A stretch of 64,000 nt of DNA, from NCBI GenBank assembly GCA_002269645.1, contig NIVC01001552.1, positions 62,001 through 126,000 on the forward strand, written 5' to 3'. A model generated the notes under the pieces. It was not told the origin of the DNA and ran no database searches. It saw only the letters and a program-made list of their open reading frames with translations. The position numbers and the translations under genes were made by a program. The DNA is from Macrostomum lignano (taxonomy: Eukaryota). Shown here piece after piece: positions 40,682 to 57,434 of this stretch (position 1 is the stretch's first letter; every line of letters starts with the position of its first letter).

Positions 40682-41668
40682 TCAATGGGGAGTTGCTGAG
40701 ATGCCAATTAGCTCCATGAGGAGTTGCTGAGATGCCAATTAGCTCAATGGGGAGTTGCTGAGATGCCAATTAGTTCAATGGGGAGTTGCTGAGATGCCAA
40801 TTGGCTCAATGGGGAGTTGCTGAGATGCCAATTAGCTCCATGAGGAGTTGCTGAGATGCCAATTAGCTCAATGGGGAGTTGCTGAGATGCCAATTAGTTC
40901 AATGGGGAGTTGCTGAGATGCCAATTGGCTCAATGGAGAGTTGCTGAGATGCCAATTAGCTCCATGAGGAGTTGCTGAGATGCCAATTAGCTCCATGAGG
41001 AGTTGCTGAGATGCCAATTAGCTCAATGGGGAGTTGCTGAGATGCCAATTAGCTCAATGGGGAGTTGCTGAGATGCCAATTAGCTCAATGGGGAGTTGCT
41101 GAGATGCCAATTAGCTCAATGGGGAGTTGCTGAGATGCCAATTAGCTCAATGGGGAGTTGCTGAGATGCCAATTAGCTCAATGGGGAGTTGCTGAGATGC
41201 CAATTAGCTCAATGGGGAGTTGCTGAGATGCCAATTAGCTCAATGGGGAGTTGCTGAGATGCCAATTAGCTCAATTGGGAGTTGCTGAGATGCCAATTAG
41301 CTCAATGGGGAGTTGTTGAGATGCCAATTAGCTCAATGGGGAGTTGCTGAGATGCCAATTAGCTCAATGGGGAGTTGCTGAGATGCCAATTAGCTCAATG
41401 GGGAGTTGCTGAGATGCCAATTAGCTCAATGGGGAGTTGCTGAGAAGCCAATTAGTTCAATGGGGAGTTGCTGAGATGCCAATTGGCTCAATGGGGAGTT
41501 GTTGAGATGCCAATTAGCTCAATGGGGAGTTGCTGAGATGCCAATTAGCTCAATGGGGAGTTGCTGAGATGCCAATTAGCTCAATGGGGAGTTGCTGAGA
41601 TGCCAATTAGCTCAATGGGGAGTTGCTGAGATGCCAATTAGCTCAATGGGGAGTTGCTGAGATGCCAA
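40682..41668. repeat. 31-bp minisatellite (CAATTAGCTCAATGGGGAGTTGCTGAGATGC)
   Basis: About 32 units. Confidence 0.95.
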
Positions 41669-42652
41669 GGCTAGAGGACAGTTTATTCTGCTTTAAAATG
41701 ACAGCTTTGGGGAAGAGCTGACAAACTCCAGAGGTTATTTCCAGGTGTCCTTGGCTCAGTCCATGTGGAGAGTTATGGGACCTGCTGAAAAACTTGAATC
41801 GAAAATTGAATTACGGTTAATTTCCTGTTGTCTATTGTGCGGAGCTGCATGCGGGGATGGAGCTGGAAGGGGTTGGTGGCAGCTGGGACTGGGAGTGCAG
41901 GGGAGAATTGCCGGGTCCTAGAAGTTCTCCACTTCCCCTACGAAATGTTTGCGAATGTTTTTTAGACTTTTCTGATAAAAAGAGACTACCTTTTTTTCTT
42001 AGTCTAGAATTGAAATCCACTAAATAAAGATCTATTGTTGGATCAGTTCTGCAGTCGCATGTCTCTTTTATTTGGGATTTTTCTCCCATTTCCAGCTCCC
42101 ATAGATTAGGAACCAGTTTGTCATGGATATTTCCAGAGCCAGTTCTTATTCCAACCCGGACTTATAAGCCTCTGCTAAAATAATTATCGCTGCATTATAA
42201 AACGGACCTGGCGCAGGAGAAGCCAGTCTGAAGCCATGGTGTGTTGGCCACTAAAAGCAGAATTTTCTTCTCTTGTCTGCCCCATCAGCAAGTGTTGACA
42301 ATGTTTGCAAAACGCTAATATCTTTGCTTGCTTGCCGGGCTGTTTCACTGTTTTGGCTGACTCTTTCCTGAAACTTGTCAGTGTGGGGGCTTCAGTGGAC
42401 GTCACAGAGGAACCAGGCTGTGGTCTCTGCTGGCAGCTTGGATTGCACTGTCACCAGCAAGTGGCACAGGTTAAGTCATAAATTTGCACCCCCTAAACAT
42501 CGTTTTTTGCCCGGCTCCAATGCAAAAGCACTTTTTTGGCAGGTGTAGCTACAGGATACGGAAACGTTCGCTAAGTTCTAATTCGCTACTTAAAAGCTAT
42601 GTGCTACTTTCAGTAGAGTGGAAGGAAAATGTCTTTAATTTTTTGTTTACTT

Positions 42653-43999
<1,347 letters not shown>

Positions 44000-44867
44000 G
44001 GCATTTTGGCCAAGTTTGTTTAGGGTCCAGCGCTACAAAAATGATTTACAAAATTTGTCAAAAAGTCCGCTGTGACTCCAGGAATGTGGTGTATGCCATT
44101 CTGTGCAAGACTTGCAATGACCGCTGTATCTACGTAGGTGAGACTGGAGGCGCTCTTAAAGTCAGACTTCAGGCTCACCTGAGCGACATCAGACTGGCTA
44201 AGGACACCCCAATCTCCAGGCACTTTCGGTCACCAAACCACAGTATTCAGGACCTCCGCTTTATGGGTCTGTGGTACCTCAGTACTGAGTGCCTGACCAC
44301 TAAAGAGGGTGCTCAACGCAGGCGGAGGAATATGGAGCAGAAGCTCATCGCTTTACTACAGACCCAGACTCCAGCAGGCTTAAACACCGTCATCACTGAA
44401 AAAGACGCCTGCATCCCAATAGTGATCCCTTTCACGGACCACTCTGGGCGAATTGTTCATCAAATTCGCACGGCCATTTCGAACCACGCTGCAGAGCTGG
44501 ATACGGTGGCTGCCTATACTCGCTCACGCTCATTAAAGGACATTCTATGTCCATCCAATCTGCCCGCCGTAACTAATGGTCAGGCCCGAAACTCAAACCT
44601 CTTTTCAGTTGAGCACTAGATGTACAGATGTACACACGCGTTGCATCGTGCCCGCCAAACCATATTGATTATTTTATTTTATTCGCGTCTTTCTATACTC
44701 ACTATAAATATTTAACTCTGTTTTAATTTGCCCTTTTTTCACAGTTTTTTATTTACAATATACCCTGACGAAGACCCTGTTTAGGTCGAAAATTCGGTTA
44801 TTTTCTTAGAATTAATGAAATTGTGAATTTGCTTCAACTGTGTGCGTGGTTTCATTTCGCATTATCT
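44000..44867 (+). repeat. 5' pseudo-LTR (5'-truncated tandem copy of the element 3' end, including the GIY-YIG segment to stop 44619)
   Basis: No difference from 48500-49367 seen in line-by-line comparison. Confidence 0.95.
44757..44802 (+). ncRNA. Minimal type I hammerhead ribozyme, 5' pLTR copy
   Basis: CUGACGA core at 44765-44771, an extra A, helix II GACC/GGUC, GAAA at 44788-44791, palindromic AAUU helix III, UUC cleavage triplet (C44795) and helix I AAUA(U)ACC/GGUUAUU. Confidence 0.82.
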
Positions 44868-44904
44868 TCTCCCGGGACCAGTGAAGCAATCTCACAGTTT
44901 CCCT

Positions 44905-46850
44905 ATGCCGACCAAAAGCCGAAGCTGGTACAGCTCGCATCACCGCCAAGCAAGAGTACCTCAACAACCAAACAGTCGTCCACATGGCCAGCAGTACCAA
45001 GGTGTGCGTTCGGCTGTGAGGCGACTATCTCCAGAACATGGCCGGCAGTTTGATCGCCAGCGTGACGGCGATGTCAGATCTAGAAGCCGCCATCGCCAAA
45101 GAGACCGCGCTACGCAGGACAGGACGGGCGGCGACCGGCAACAACGTCGGAATGCAGGTGGGTCGCTGACAACCGCCGCGTCCGGAGTCGCCCGCCAAGT
45201 CAAACAGCTGTTTCGTGCTGCTCACCACCTGGAAAATTGGCAGGTGACACCATCTTCGATCCGACTAAAGTCTCAGCAGCTGAAAACACTAATCAGGCCT
45301 GCAGTGCCCACGGAATCGACAAAATCGCGGATTGCTGAGAACGCCGATCAGTGGGAAGTCAGCACGCTAGACACAATGCAGAGCCATTATGAGATCAGCA
45401 TCCATCATCTAGCTGCTGAACTTCTGGAAGCCAGGAAGGACGCTGACCCTTCTGATTGGGAAACCGGCTGGCAAGTCGGTTTTCACTGGGCGGCGAAGGA
45501 CCTCGGCAGAAGATTCAGCTACAGCCCTGATCTGCTGCAATACCGGCTGAAAAAAATGTCCATCGAGCTGAAGGTACCTGAATTTACTGCTAACAAAGGT
45601 AGGACCATCTCTTCTTTTGATACTGTGATTGTAAGCAACCAAACCACCAGCTCTATGGGGGTTCCCGTTTCAAACCTCTTGTCTGGGGTGGTGGGTTCGA
45701 ATCAACCCCACCAAGCCGCCAGCCCTGTGACAACTGAGCAGGGGAGGGAGCAACCAGCAGGGAATCGTCCCTCCAGCCCTTCAACGGGCATGGAAGAATC
45801 TCCCGACTGGCGAGGCTTTAACGAGGAACCGAGCATGCTAAGCCATACGGACGAGGACAACCAAGCTTGCCCGCCGATTTTTCCGACAGAAGAGCCGCCT
45901 GAAGGGCTCAATTCGCAAATGCAGGGTCCAGTTGCCTGTGACCAGGGGCTGGACACGGGGGTGGTCTGTGACCAGACACCTCCACCTGCAAACTCCATTG
46001 CTGCTGATCAAAACGAATCAGCTATTTCAATACCTGCCATCTTGACTTCGAGTCGTCAACAGCAGAGTCAAGTCGCCTGTGACCAGGGGCTTGACACGGG
46101 GTGGTCTGTGACCAGACATCCCCAGCTGCTGCTAATAGCAACAACATCGATGCCAGCCAAGCTGACTCTTTCGTGTCTTTTGCGACACCCACCGACAACG
46201 TTGCATTTTTACAGAGTAGATTTGCTTGCGCTGAGCCACCCAGGCTTGCCAGTGACAGCAATAGGGACAGTCTTGAGCTGACCCCTCCTCGATCGGCACT
46301 TGCTCAACCAAGCCAGATTAACGTCCATAGGGGACTTAAGAAAGACTGGAAACTGACCCCTATCGAAAAGTCAACGATCGCGATCGGCGATGAGAGTCTC
46401 TCTGAGCCCGGGCAAGCGCACCCAGATGTACAATTTGAAATTTTTCCGAATCTACGCGCTGAGAACCTAATCAGGGTGCTGCGTGAGCAGTTGAAAAGCC
46501 CTAGCTCAGCTGTCAAAGCGGTCATTCTCTTCCCTTGTGGTCATGACCTGTCGAGACAATTTGAAGGTGTCCTCGACAAACAGCTCACGACAATCGTGAA
46601 TCATTGTCGCAAGGCCTTTCCAGAGGCAAACATCTACACACTTGACTCAGTGGTGGATGCCGAGGCAACGGACAGCGTCCGAAGCAATGTGGAAAAATTG
46701 AACCGCCATGCCCAGAATCTCAACCAGAAGGGGCACATGTCACTACCCAGACAGGGTTTGACCTTCCTGTCAGACAAGGTCACACTATCTGACCAATCGG
46801 CCTTGGAGGTCTTCAGGATTGTCTATGGCAAAGTACAAAAAAACTTGTAG
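44905..46850 (+). CDS. PLE ORF1, about 648 aa once one G is restored at 46098-46101: basic/RS-rich N-terminus, helical domain, low-complexity linker, degenerate SGNH-esterase-like C-terminal domain
   Basis: Two overlapping ORFs (44842-46281 and 46101-46850) join if G4 is read as G5, as in the paralogous repeat at 45934-45978. C-terminal blocks AIGDESL / FPNLRAENL / VILFPCGHD / AFPEANIY / KLNRH / DKVTLS are spaced like SGNH blocks I, II, III and V. Confidence 0.7.
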
Positions 46851-48499
46851 GTTTTAGGAATGCGGCTAGCAACCAAGTCTTGAACTTATCGAATTATCGT
46901 CTTTCTGACTGCGAAACCGAAATTTTAGGAATGGGGAAGAACTTTGTGCCAGCCCCAATTGTTATGGGGTCCAGCGTCCTTTCTGACTCCATCAAGGTTT
47001 TCAAGCAGAGAATAGTTCTTAACTCCCTGCTTCAGCGTCGCACGTGTGCTTTCACCCCGCGCATCCCTTATACTGGCCGAGCTTCGATCCCCAACATCAA
47101 CTTGGACAAGTGGCGCTCTCACAGAGACCTTTTTGAAAGCCTTGACAGGATTAGAATTCCAAGAATCATACACAACAAGCCAAACCTTCAGGAGCAGCAG
47201 AGAATGGCACTGAAGACTCTTCGAGACAATAGCAGTATCGTCATTAAACCTGCCGACAAGGGCAGCAATATGGTCGTTTTGAATCGAACAGATTACATAC
47301 TGGAAGCTAACAGGCAGCTCTCCAACAGGACCTTCTACCAACCCTTGACACTGCAATGAGCGCCCAGACCAGTGCCATTATCAAAGCCATTTTTCAAGAT
47401 CTTAAAGAAGAAAAGATAATTACTAATCATCAATACTCGCAACTGATTCCGCCAACTATTCCAAGAGATCGAATTTTTTACCTTTTGCCAAAAATCCATA
47501 AGGATCCCGAAGAATGGCCTACTCCTGGAGTGCCTCCTGGGAGACCCATTGTCTCGGACTGCAGCTCGGAAAGCTACATGAGCGCCAAATTTATCGATCT
47601 CTTCCTACAGCCGATCGCTAAGGAACAAGACTCCTTCATCCGAGACACGGACCACTTTCAAGCGGCTATTAATGATTTGATTTTTGAAAAAGACGAAAAT
47701 GTCTTTCTGGTTACAATGGATGTTGAATCCCTGTACACCAATATTCCCACTGATAAGGGGATGGACGCCATTAGAGATGCCTTTCAAACATTTCCCCAAA
47801 CCTCAAGGCCAGATAACCATCTTCTTGCGCTCCTGGACATTAACTTGAACAAAAATGATTTTGTTTTCAACGACACGCGCTACCTTCAAATCAAAGGCAC
47901 AAGCATGGGAAAGGCCTTTGCGCCATCCTACGCCAACATATTTATGTCTGCCTGGGAATCCAAAGCTTTAGAAACTGCTCCGTTTACCCCTCGTTTCTTC
48001 AAGCGCTACATTGACGACATTTTTATGGTCTTCGTCGGCACTGAAGACGAACTAAAGGAGATGCACAAGCATCTGAATGAGTTCGATTGCAACATCCGAC
48101 TCACGATGCAATACAGCAAAGAGAAGGTTCACTTCCTGGACTGCTGTGTCAGTCTGACTGACGAAGGCAACAACAAGAGACTTTCGTGCTCAATCTACTT
48201 CAAACCCACCGATTCACGCCAGCTTTTAAATCCGGGGTCTTTTCACCCAAAGCACACTTTCAAAGGTATACTGAAATCTCAGTTCCTCCGTTACGCTCGC
48301 CGTTGCACATTTAAAGAAGACTTCGATGAGGCCAGCAGCAGCTTAACAAGCATCCTGAAGAAACAAGGATATTCTGTCCGCTTAATCAGGGATTCTAAAA
48401 AATCTGCCCTCATCCAGCTGGGCCTCTACATTGATGGTCGGTGGGAGTTCGGCTTCCAGGATTGTGGCAATCTAAGCTGCCGTCCTTGCAGAGAGCACG

Positions 48500-51131
<2,632 letters not shown>

Positions 51132-52135
51132 GCACTTATCTTGTCTAGCTTTTTCGGCCGCGGCTCAACAAAGCAACACCGACTCGCTAATCAAGAACTG
51201 TTTTTTCTACTTGTCAGTCACCTCCAGCCGCCCCTGGCGTCACCAGGCGCAACTGCGGCACTGTGCCATGCTCAGCGACCTTGGATCAACCCGTAGTGCT
51301 ACTCTAGTTTTCTATTTCTTTACATTTTCTTCTGCTCTCTTTTGCCCTGCAGAGCCGGCAGGAAATATGGACAGTCCAAGGCAGACAATAAACTGTGAGA
51401 CCCTTGCCCGCGGCAGCCTCCCGTCTCCCGCAGCTGCCGATGCATGCCTTCGTGAGTAATTGCGTTTTGAGCCCTCCCCCACCCTGTGCGTGGCCCGCAG
51501 AAATACCGAGGTTTCCAAAATCAAAAGGCATGCACAGCTTTAAACACAGAACGCAGTTTCTGCCGTACAAAACTATTTAGGTTCGCTTGTCCAGACTCGC
51601 GCTTATACCAGACGGAGAAGGGGTGTCTCTTATTTTTCTAAGCTGTTTCATTCAGATTAATCTTGATTAAATTATAATTTTAACAGGTAAGTTAGTGTTA
51701 ATTTTCTCACTGCTTCACTTAAATCATTTTTATTTGTTTCTTTGCTGTAGAGTTTTTGCAAATTAGAACTTGGCATCATTGGATTCCCAAGAGGCTTGAG
51801 ATTAAAGAGCTACATTTTTGATTCACTGTCAGTTCATCCATCAAACTGCTTTGCCCGGCTCAGTTAAAGTCAAATTCGAGCGCGCATTTCATCTCTGCGC
51901 GCTATCCGCTCGCGCTTAGGTGTTTCTTTCCGTCATCGCATGCGCGCTGACGAGGCGGGGTGGAGGCGGACAGGCAGACTTTTTTTGGCATTTTTATACA
52001 ATTTTCCCAAAACTCTGCAGGTTGCTTTCCTACATTCAAGAAGTTCTAGATATAGAGATTGGAGAGTAGATAGTGGAAACTGACCTACTTAGCTTAGCCT
52101 GAGAGCAAACTGAACCAAACCGAAACAGCTTGGGT

Positions 52136-52270
52136 TCTGGCGCCCCTGGTGCTGGCGCCCCTGGTGCTGGCGCCCCTGGTGCTGGCGCCCCTGGTGCTGG
52201 CGCCCCTGGTGCTGGCGCCCCTGGTGCTGGCGCCCCTGGTGCTGGCGCCCCTGGTGCTGGCGCCCCTGGG
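52136..52270. repeat. 15-bp GC-rich repeat (GGCGCCCCTGGTGCT) x about 9
   Basis: Direct reading. Confidence 0.93.
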
Positions 52271-52764
52271 CGCTAAAGCCCCTGGGCGCTAAAGCCTCGC
52301 TAAAGCCGCGCAGAGTTCCCACAGCCAGATTCCGTTACTTTAAATCTCCTTGTTGCACACAAACGGTTATCTATATGGAGTTGGCTGGCCAGAGAGGGGC
52401 TGAGGGATGGGACGAGAGGCGGGCACACACACATGCCACTGCTAGGCCTGGATAGCTTTACGAATCAAACAGGAGAGGATGCAGCAGAATTCGGTAAGAA
52501 GATAGATAGTAGGGGGGTGGTGGGGTTGGATTTGGCTAAGCTTTTGGGAGGTTTTTCCAACGTTTCCCACATAGGCTGCACCAGCTTATAGTATGGGTTC
52601 ATAAACAGGAGGAGCGATGCGGCCCCCAGCCCAGCTAGCCGTAAGCAATTTCCCCCATCCGAAGGGCATTAATCTGCATTAATCTGTTCGGACTAATTGA
52701 ACTGTATAAGCCAGAGGCCAAGTGCATATAGTTAAAGGTAAGTTATTAAAATTGATTGTTCTGC

Positions 52765-54535
52765 CAGTTGCTGGTCATCTAGTGTTGATTGATTTTGGTC
52801 AGTTGCTGGTCATCTAGTGTTGATTGATTTTGGTCAGTTGCTGGTCATCTAGTATTGATTGATTTTGGTCAGTTGCTGGTCATTTAGTACTGATTGATTT
52901 TGGTCAGTTGCTGGTCATCTAGTACTGATTGATTTTGGTCAGTTGCTGGTCATCTAGTACTGATTGATTTTGGTCAGTTGCTGGTCATTTAGTACTGATT
53001 GATTTTGGTCAGTTGCTGGTCATTTAGTAGTGATTGATTTTGGTCAGTTGCTGGTCATTTAGTACTGATTGATTTTGGTCAGTTGCTGGTCATCTAGTAC
53101 TGATTGATTTTGGTCAGTTGCTGGTCATCTAGTACTGATTGATTTTGGTCAGTTGCTGGTCATTTAGTAGTGATTGATTTTGGTCAGTTGCTGGTCATTT
53201 AGTACTGATTGATTTTGGTCAGTTGCTGGTCATTTAGTACTGATTGATTTTGGTCAGTTGCTGGTCATTTAGTACTGATTGATTTTGGTCAGTTGCTGGT
53301 CATTTAGTACTGATTGATTTTGGTCAGTTGCTGATCATTTAGTACTGATTGATTTTGGTCAGTTGCTGGTCATTTAGTACTGATTGATTTTGGTCAGTTG
53401 CTGGTCATTTAGTACTGATTGATTTTGGTCAGTTGCTGGTCATTTAGTAGTGATTGATTTTGGTCAGTTGCTGGTCATTTAGTACTGATTGATTTTGGTC
53501 AGTTGCTGGTCATCTAGTACTGATTGATTTTGGTCAGTTGCTGGTCATCTAGTACTGATTGATTTTGGTCAGTTGCTGGTCATTTAGTAGTGATTGATTT
53601 TGGTCAGTTGCTGGTCATTTAGTAGTGATTGATTTTGGTCAGTTGCTGGTCATTTAGTACTGATTGATTTTGGTCAGTTGCTGGTCATTTAGTACTGATT
53701 GATTTTGGTCAGTTGCTGGTCATTTAGTAGTGATTGATTTTGGTCAGTTGTTGGTCATTTAGTACTGATTGATTTTGGTCAGTTGCTGATCATTTAGTAC
53801 TGATTGATTTTGGTCAGTTGCTGGTCATTTAGTAGTGATTGATTTTGGTCAGTTGCTGGTCATCTAGTATTGATTGATTTTGGTCAGTTGCTGGTCATCT
53901 AGTGCTGATTGATTTTGGTCAGTTGCTGGTCATCTAGTACTGATTGATTTTGGTCAGTTGCTGATCATCTAGTGCTGATTAATTTTGGTCAGTTGCTGAT
54001 CATCTAGTATAGATTGATTTTGGTCAGTTGCTGATCATTTAGTACTGATTGATTTTGGTCAGTTGCTGATCATCTAGTGCTGATTAATTTTGGTCAGTTG
54101 CTGGTCATCTAGTATAGATTGATTTTGGTCAGTTGAAGGTCATCAAGCATTGATTAATTTTGGTCAGTTGCTGGTCATTTAGTACTGATTAATTTTGGTC
54201 AGTTGCTGGTCATTTAGTACTGATTAATTTTGGTCAGTTGGAGGTCATCTAGTATAGATTGATTTTGGTCAGTTGAAGGTCATCTAGCATTGATTAATTT
54301 TGGTCAGTTGCTGGTCATTTAGTGCTGATTATTTTGGTCAGTTGCTGGTCATCTAGTATAGATTGATTTTGGTCAGTTGAAGGTCATCAAGCATTGATTA
54401 ATTTTGGTCAGTTGCTGGTCATTTAGTACTGATTAATTTTGGTCAGTTGCTGGTCATTTAGTACTGATTTTTTTTGGTCAGTTGCTGGTCATCTAGTGTT
54501 GATTGAAGTTGGTCAGTTGCTTGCCATCTAATACT
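52765..54535. repeat. 35-bp minisatellite (TTTTGGTCAGTTGCTGGTCATTTAGTACTGATTGA)
   Basis: About 50 units. Confidence 0.96.
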
Positions 54536-55084
54536 GATCGATTTGGTTATTTGAGCCGCAGCTCCATGCAAACATCTAAAGGATAATTTCAACTTTAGAC
54601 TAAAAAGGGGATTTCGATTCTAGCAATCTGGGAAGTTAACTGACTGGCAGTCTAAACTAGCATTGAATGCTGGCGATACCTTCTGATGCGATACCCCAAT
54701 GGGGAGAAGAAAGCAATACAATCCTCTATCCACAGGAACTGCTGCCATTTTTCTTCATATCTTTTCTTTTGCTTCATCATTTTCCGGCCAACAAGCCGGA
54801 CACCTTGACCTCGGCCTTCTAACCTGTTGCTTATCACTTTTGGGGGGGCGGAATGCAGCGTGGGAATCAGTAGGAATTGATAGCGCAGAAATTCCGGTTA
54901 AGGTCTACGGTAATAAGGCAGTAGTTATTACCGGTCCAATGTAGCAAAGTCAGCCTTTTTCTCGCTGCGCAGCTGAGTGGGTAACAGCGAAGCAGGTTAT
55001 TTTCAGGTTAAAAGTTGCTGGTTAAAGCTATATAATTTTTTTGCTTAAATCGTGAATATACGAGCTAGATCTAAATTTCGCCCC

Positions 55085-55710
55085 AATCTAATCTGATCTA
55101 ATCTGATCTAATCTAATCTATCAAATCCGATCTAATCTGATCTAATTCAATCTAATCCAATCTAATTTATTATAATTTAGTCTAATCTAATATTATATAT
55201 TCTCGTCTAATTTAAACTAATCCAAACTAATCTAATCTAATCTAGTCTAATTTGATCTAATCCAATCCGATCTAATCCAATCTAATGTAGTCTAATGTAA
55301 TATTGTTTAATCTAATCTAACCCAATCAAATCAAATCTAGTGTTAGTTAATCTAATCTTATTTAATCTAATTAAATCTAATCTAATCTACTCTAATCTAA
55401 TTTAATCCAATCCAATCTACTATAATTTAATCTAATCCAATCTAATTCAGTCTAATGCAATCTAATCTAATCTAATCTAATCCAATCCAATCTAATCTAA
55501 TCTAGTCTAATCTAATCTAATCTAATCTAGTCTAATCTAATTCACTCTAATGCAATCTAATCTAATCTAGTCTAATCTAATCTAATCTAATCTAATCTAG
55601 TCTAATCTAATCTAATCTAATCTAGTCTAATCTAATTCACTCTAATGTAATCTAATCTACTCTAATCTAATTTAATCCAATCCAATCTGATCTGATGTAG
55701 TCTAATCAAA
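55085..55710. repeat. (AATCT)n pentanucleotide microsatellite, degenerate
   Basis: Direct reading. Confidence 0.92.
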
Positions 55711-56069
55711 ACTATAGTCAGGAGCTTTTTCTGGTGTGTTACTGCAGGTTGCTATCAGCGAAAAGATAACAATTGGGCATCTACTTATGAGTCGGACAAG
55801 TGCGAAATAATATAACCGCGAAATTATGGCCCAACCTCAGGCAGGGGTCTTTTACTTGAAGGTTTTTTCTGCTACCTGCGCAGCTAGTTAGAGATCAAGA
55901 CCGGCTTAGTTGGCGTCGTTAAAAGTGCAAGGTTTTATCGCTGTTTTTCAACCCACCAGCAGGTTATATTAGTCACTGTATAAAGCAGACACCATTGCCG
56001 ATTTCCATTGAGGAACCTTCCAAATTTTTATTTTCACGTCAACTGGACTTGCGAAGCTTATATGCGAAC

Positions 56070-56570
56070 ATGGAATGCATTGTGTGAACATTGGATGTAT
56101 TGTGTGAACATGAGATGGATTGTGTGAACACGGGATGTATTGTGTGAACATGGGATGGATTGTGTGAACACGGGATGTATTGTGTGATTACTGAATGTAT
56201 TGTGTGAACACGGGATGTATTGTGTGAACATTGGATGCATTGTGTGAACATAGGATGTATTGTGTGAACATTGGATGCATTGTGTGAACATGGGATGTAT
56301 TGTGTGAATACGGGATGTATTGTGTGAACATGAGATGTATTGTGTGAACACAGCTAATGCATTGTGTGAACATGGGATGGATTGTGTGAACACAGCTAAT
56401 GCATTGTGTGAACACAGCTAATGCATTGTGTGAACATGGGATAGATTGTGTGAACACAGCTAATGCATTGTGTGAACATGGGATAGATTGTGTGTGAAAA
56501 GAATATACTGTGTGAACACGGAAATGTATTGTGTGAACACAACATGTACTCTGTGAACACAGTATGTAGT
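56070..56570. repeat. 20-bp minisatellite (TGTGTGAACATGGGATGTAT)
   Basis: About 24 units. Confidence 0.92.
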
Positions 56571-56736
56571 CCGTGAAGATAGTTATTTCTTTTAATTGCA
56601 TTGTATTTAGAAAACATTTTATTAACCACAGTAGGCCATAGTTGATGATTGACGAGTCAAACTTTCACACCCTAATATTCGTGCATTTTTTTAATTTCAG
56701 CCAATTCACATCTCCCTGCCCCCAAGCTGAGCTGGG

Positions 56737-56838
56737 ATGCTGAGCCAGGCTGGGAAGCTGCGACTGGCAGCTGCCCGAGGCGATGTGGGACAGGTTGGCG
56801 AGCTGATCCGAGCTAAAGTGCCAGTCACGCCCGATCAG
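56737..56838 (+). CDS. ANKRD6: ANKRD6/Diego-like ankyrin protein, first coding exon
   Basis: ATG follows an in-frame stop. Encodes MLSQAGKLRLAAARGDVGQVGELIRAKVPVTPDQ with a CAG|GTGAGC donor. Upstream acceptor TTTTTTAATTTCAG at 56700. Confidence 0.72.
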
Positions 56839-57434
56839 GTGAGCGAGAGATGATAACTACAGAATAATTGTACCGACATATGAAACCGTCTCAGCGGGTA
56901 CATGAGCAGCTAATAGAGTCTCTCTGTCTGGATGCAGACTTTTATAGGGGCAGCCTTGCTAACACCTTCTGCCGCATTGAGGTGGGAAAGGAATTAAGCT
57001 TGAGAGTATCGGCTTACCGTGTGAAATCAATCTCTTTAAAGCTGCCGCCCCGTTAAAAACAGCCTGAGGCGAAGTGGAGACAAAGAAGGAAAACGCTTGA
57101 AAGCTTTGGGGTAGGGGGAAGAAAATCCCCGTTTGTAGGGCGGGATATATAAGCCAGCGCTGTGAGCAGGTTCCTCCTCTCTCCCCCATCATCCTTCGCT
57201 TGCAGCCTCTAAACTTCGGATTGCTACCTTTTTTCTCTATATTTTTCACCAGGCTTTTCATCTTTCTTAGCAGCTCTGCGAGTTTATTGACCATGTCTAG
57301 AAGAGCTTCAACTTTGGTCAGTAAAAATTTTGAAGAAACATTTACAGGCAGTTTTAGTTACGCAACCGTGACTAGACTGCCCTGCTCCTGTGTGGCCATC
57401 AGGCTGGTAAATTGTTACAGCATAGTAACTACAG

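Noticed and set aside
52139-52275. (GAPGA)n silk/elastin-like peptide
   Set aside because: No ATG or convincing splice context, and stops close on both sides.
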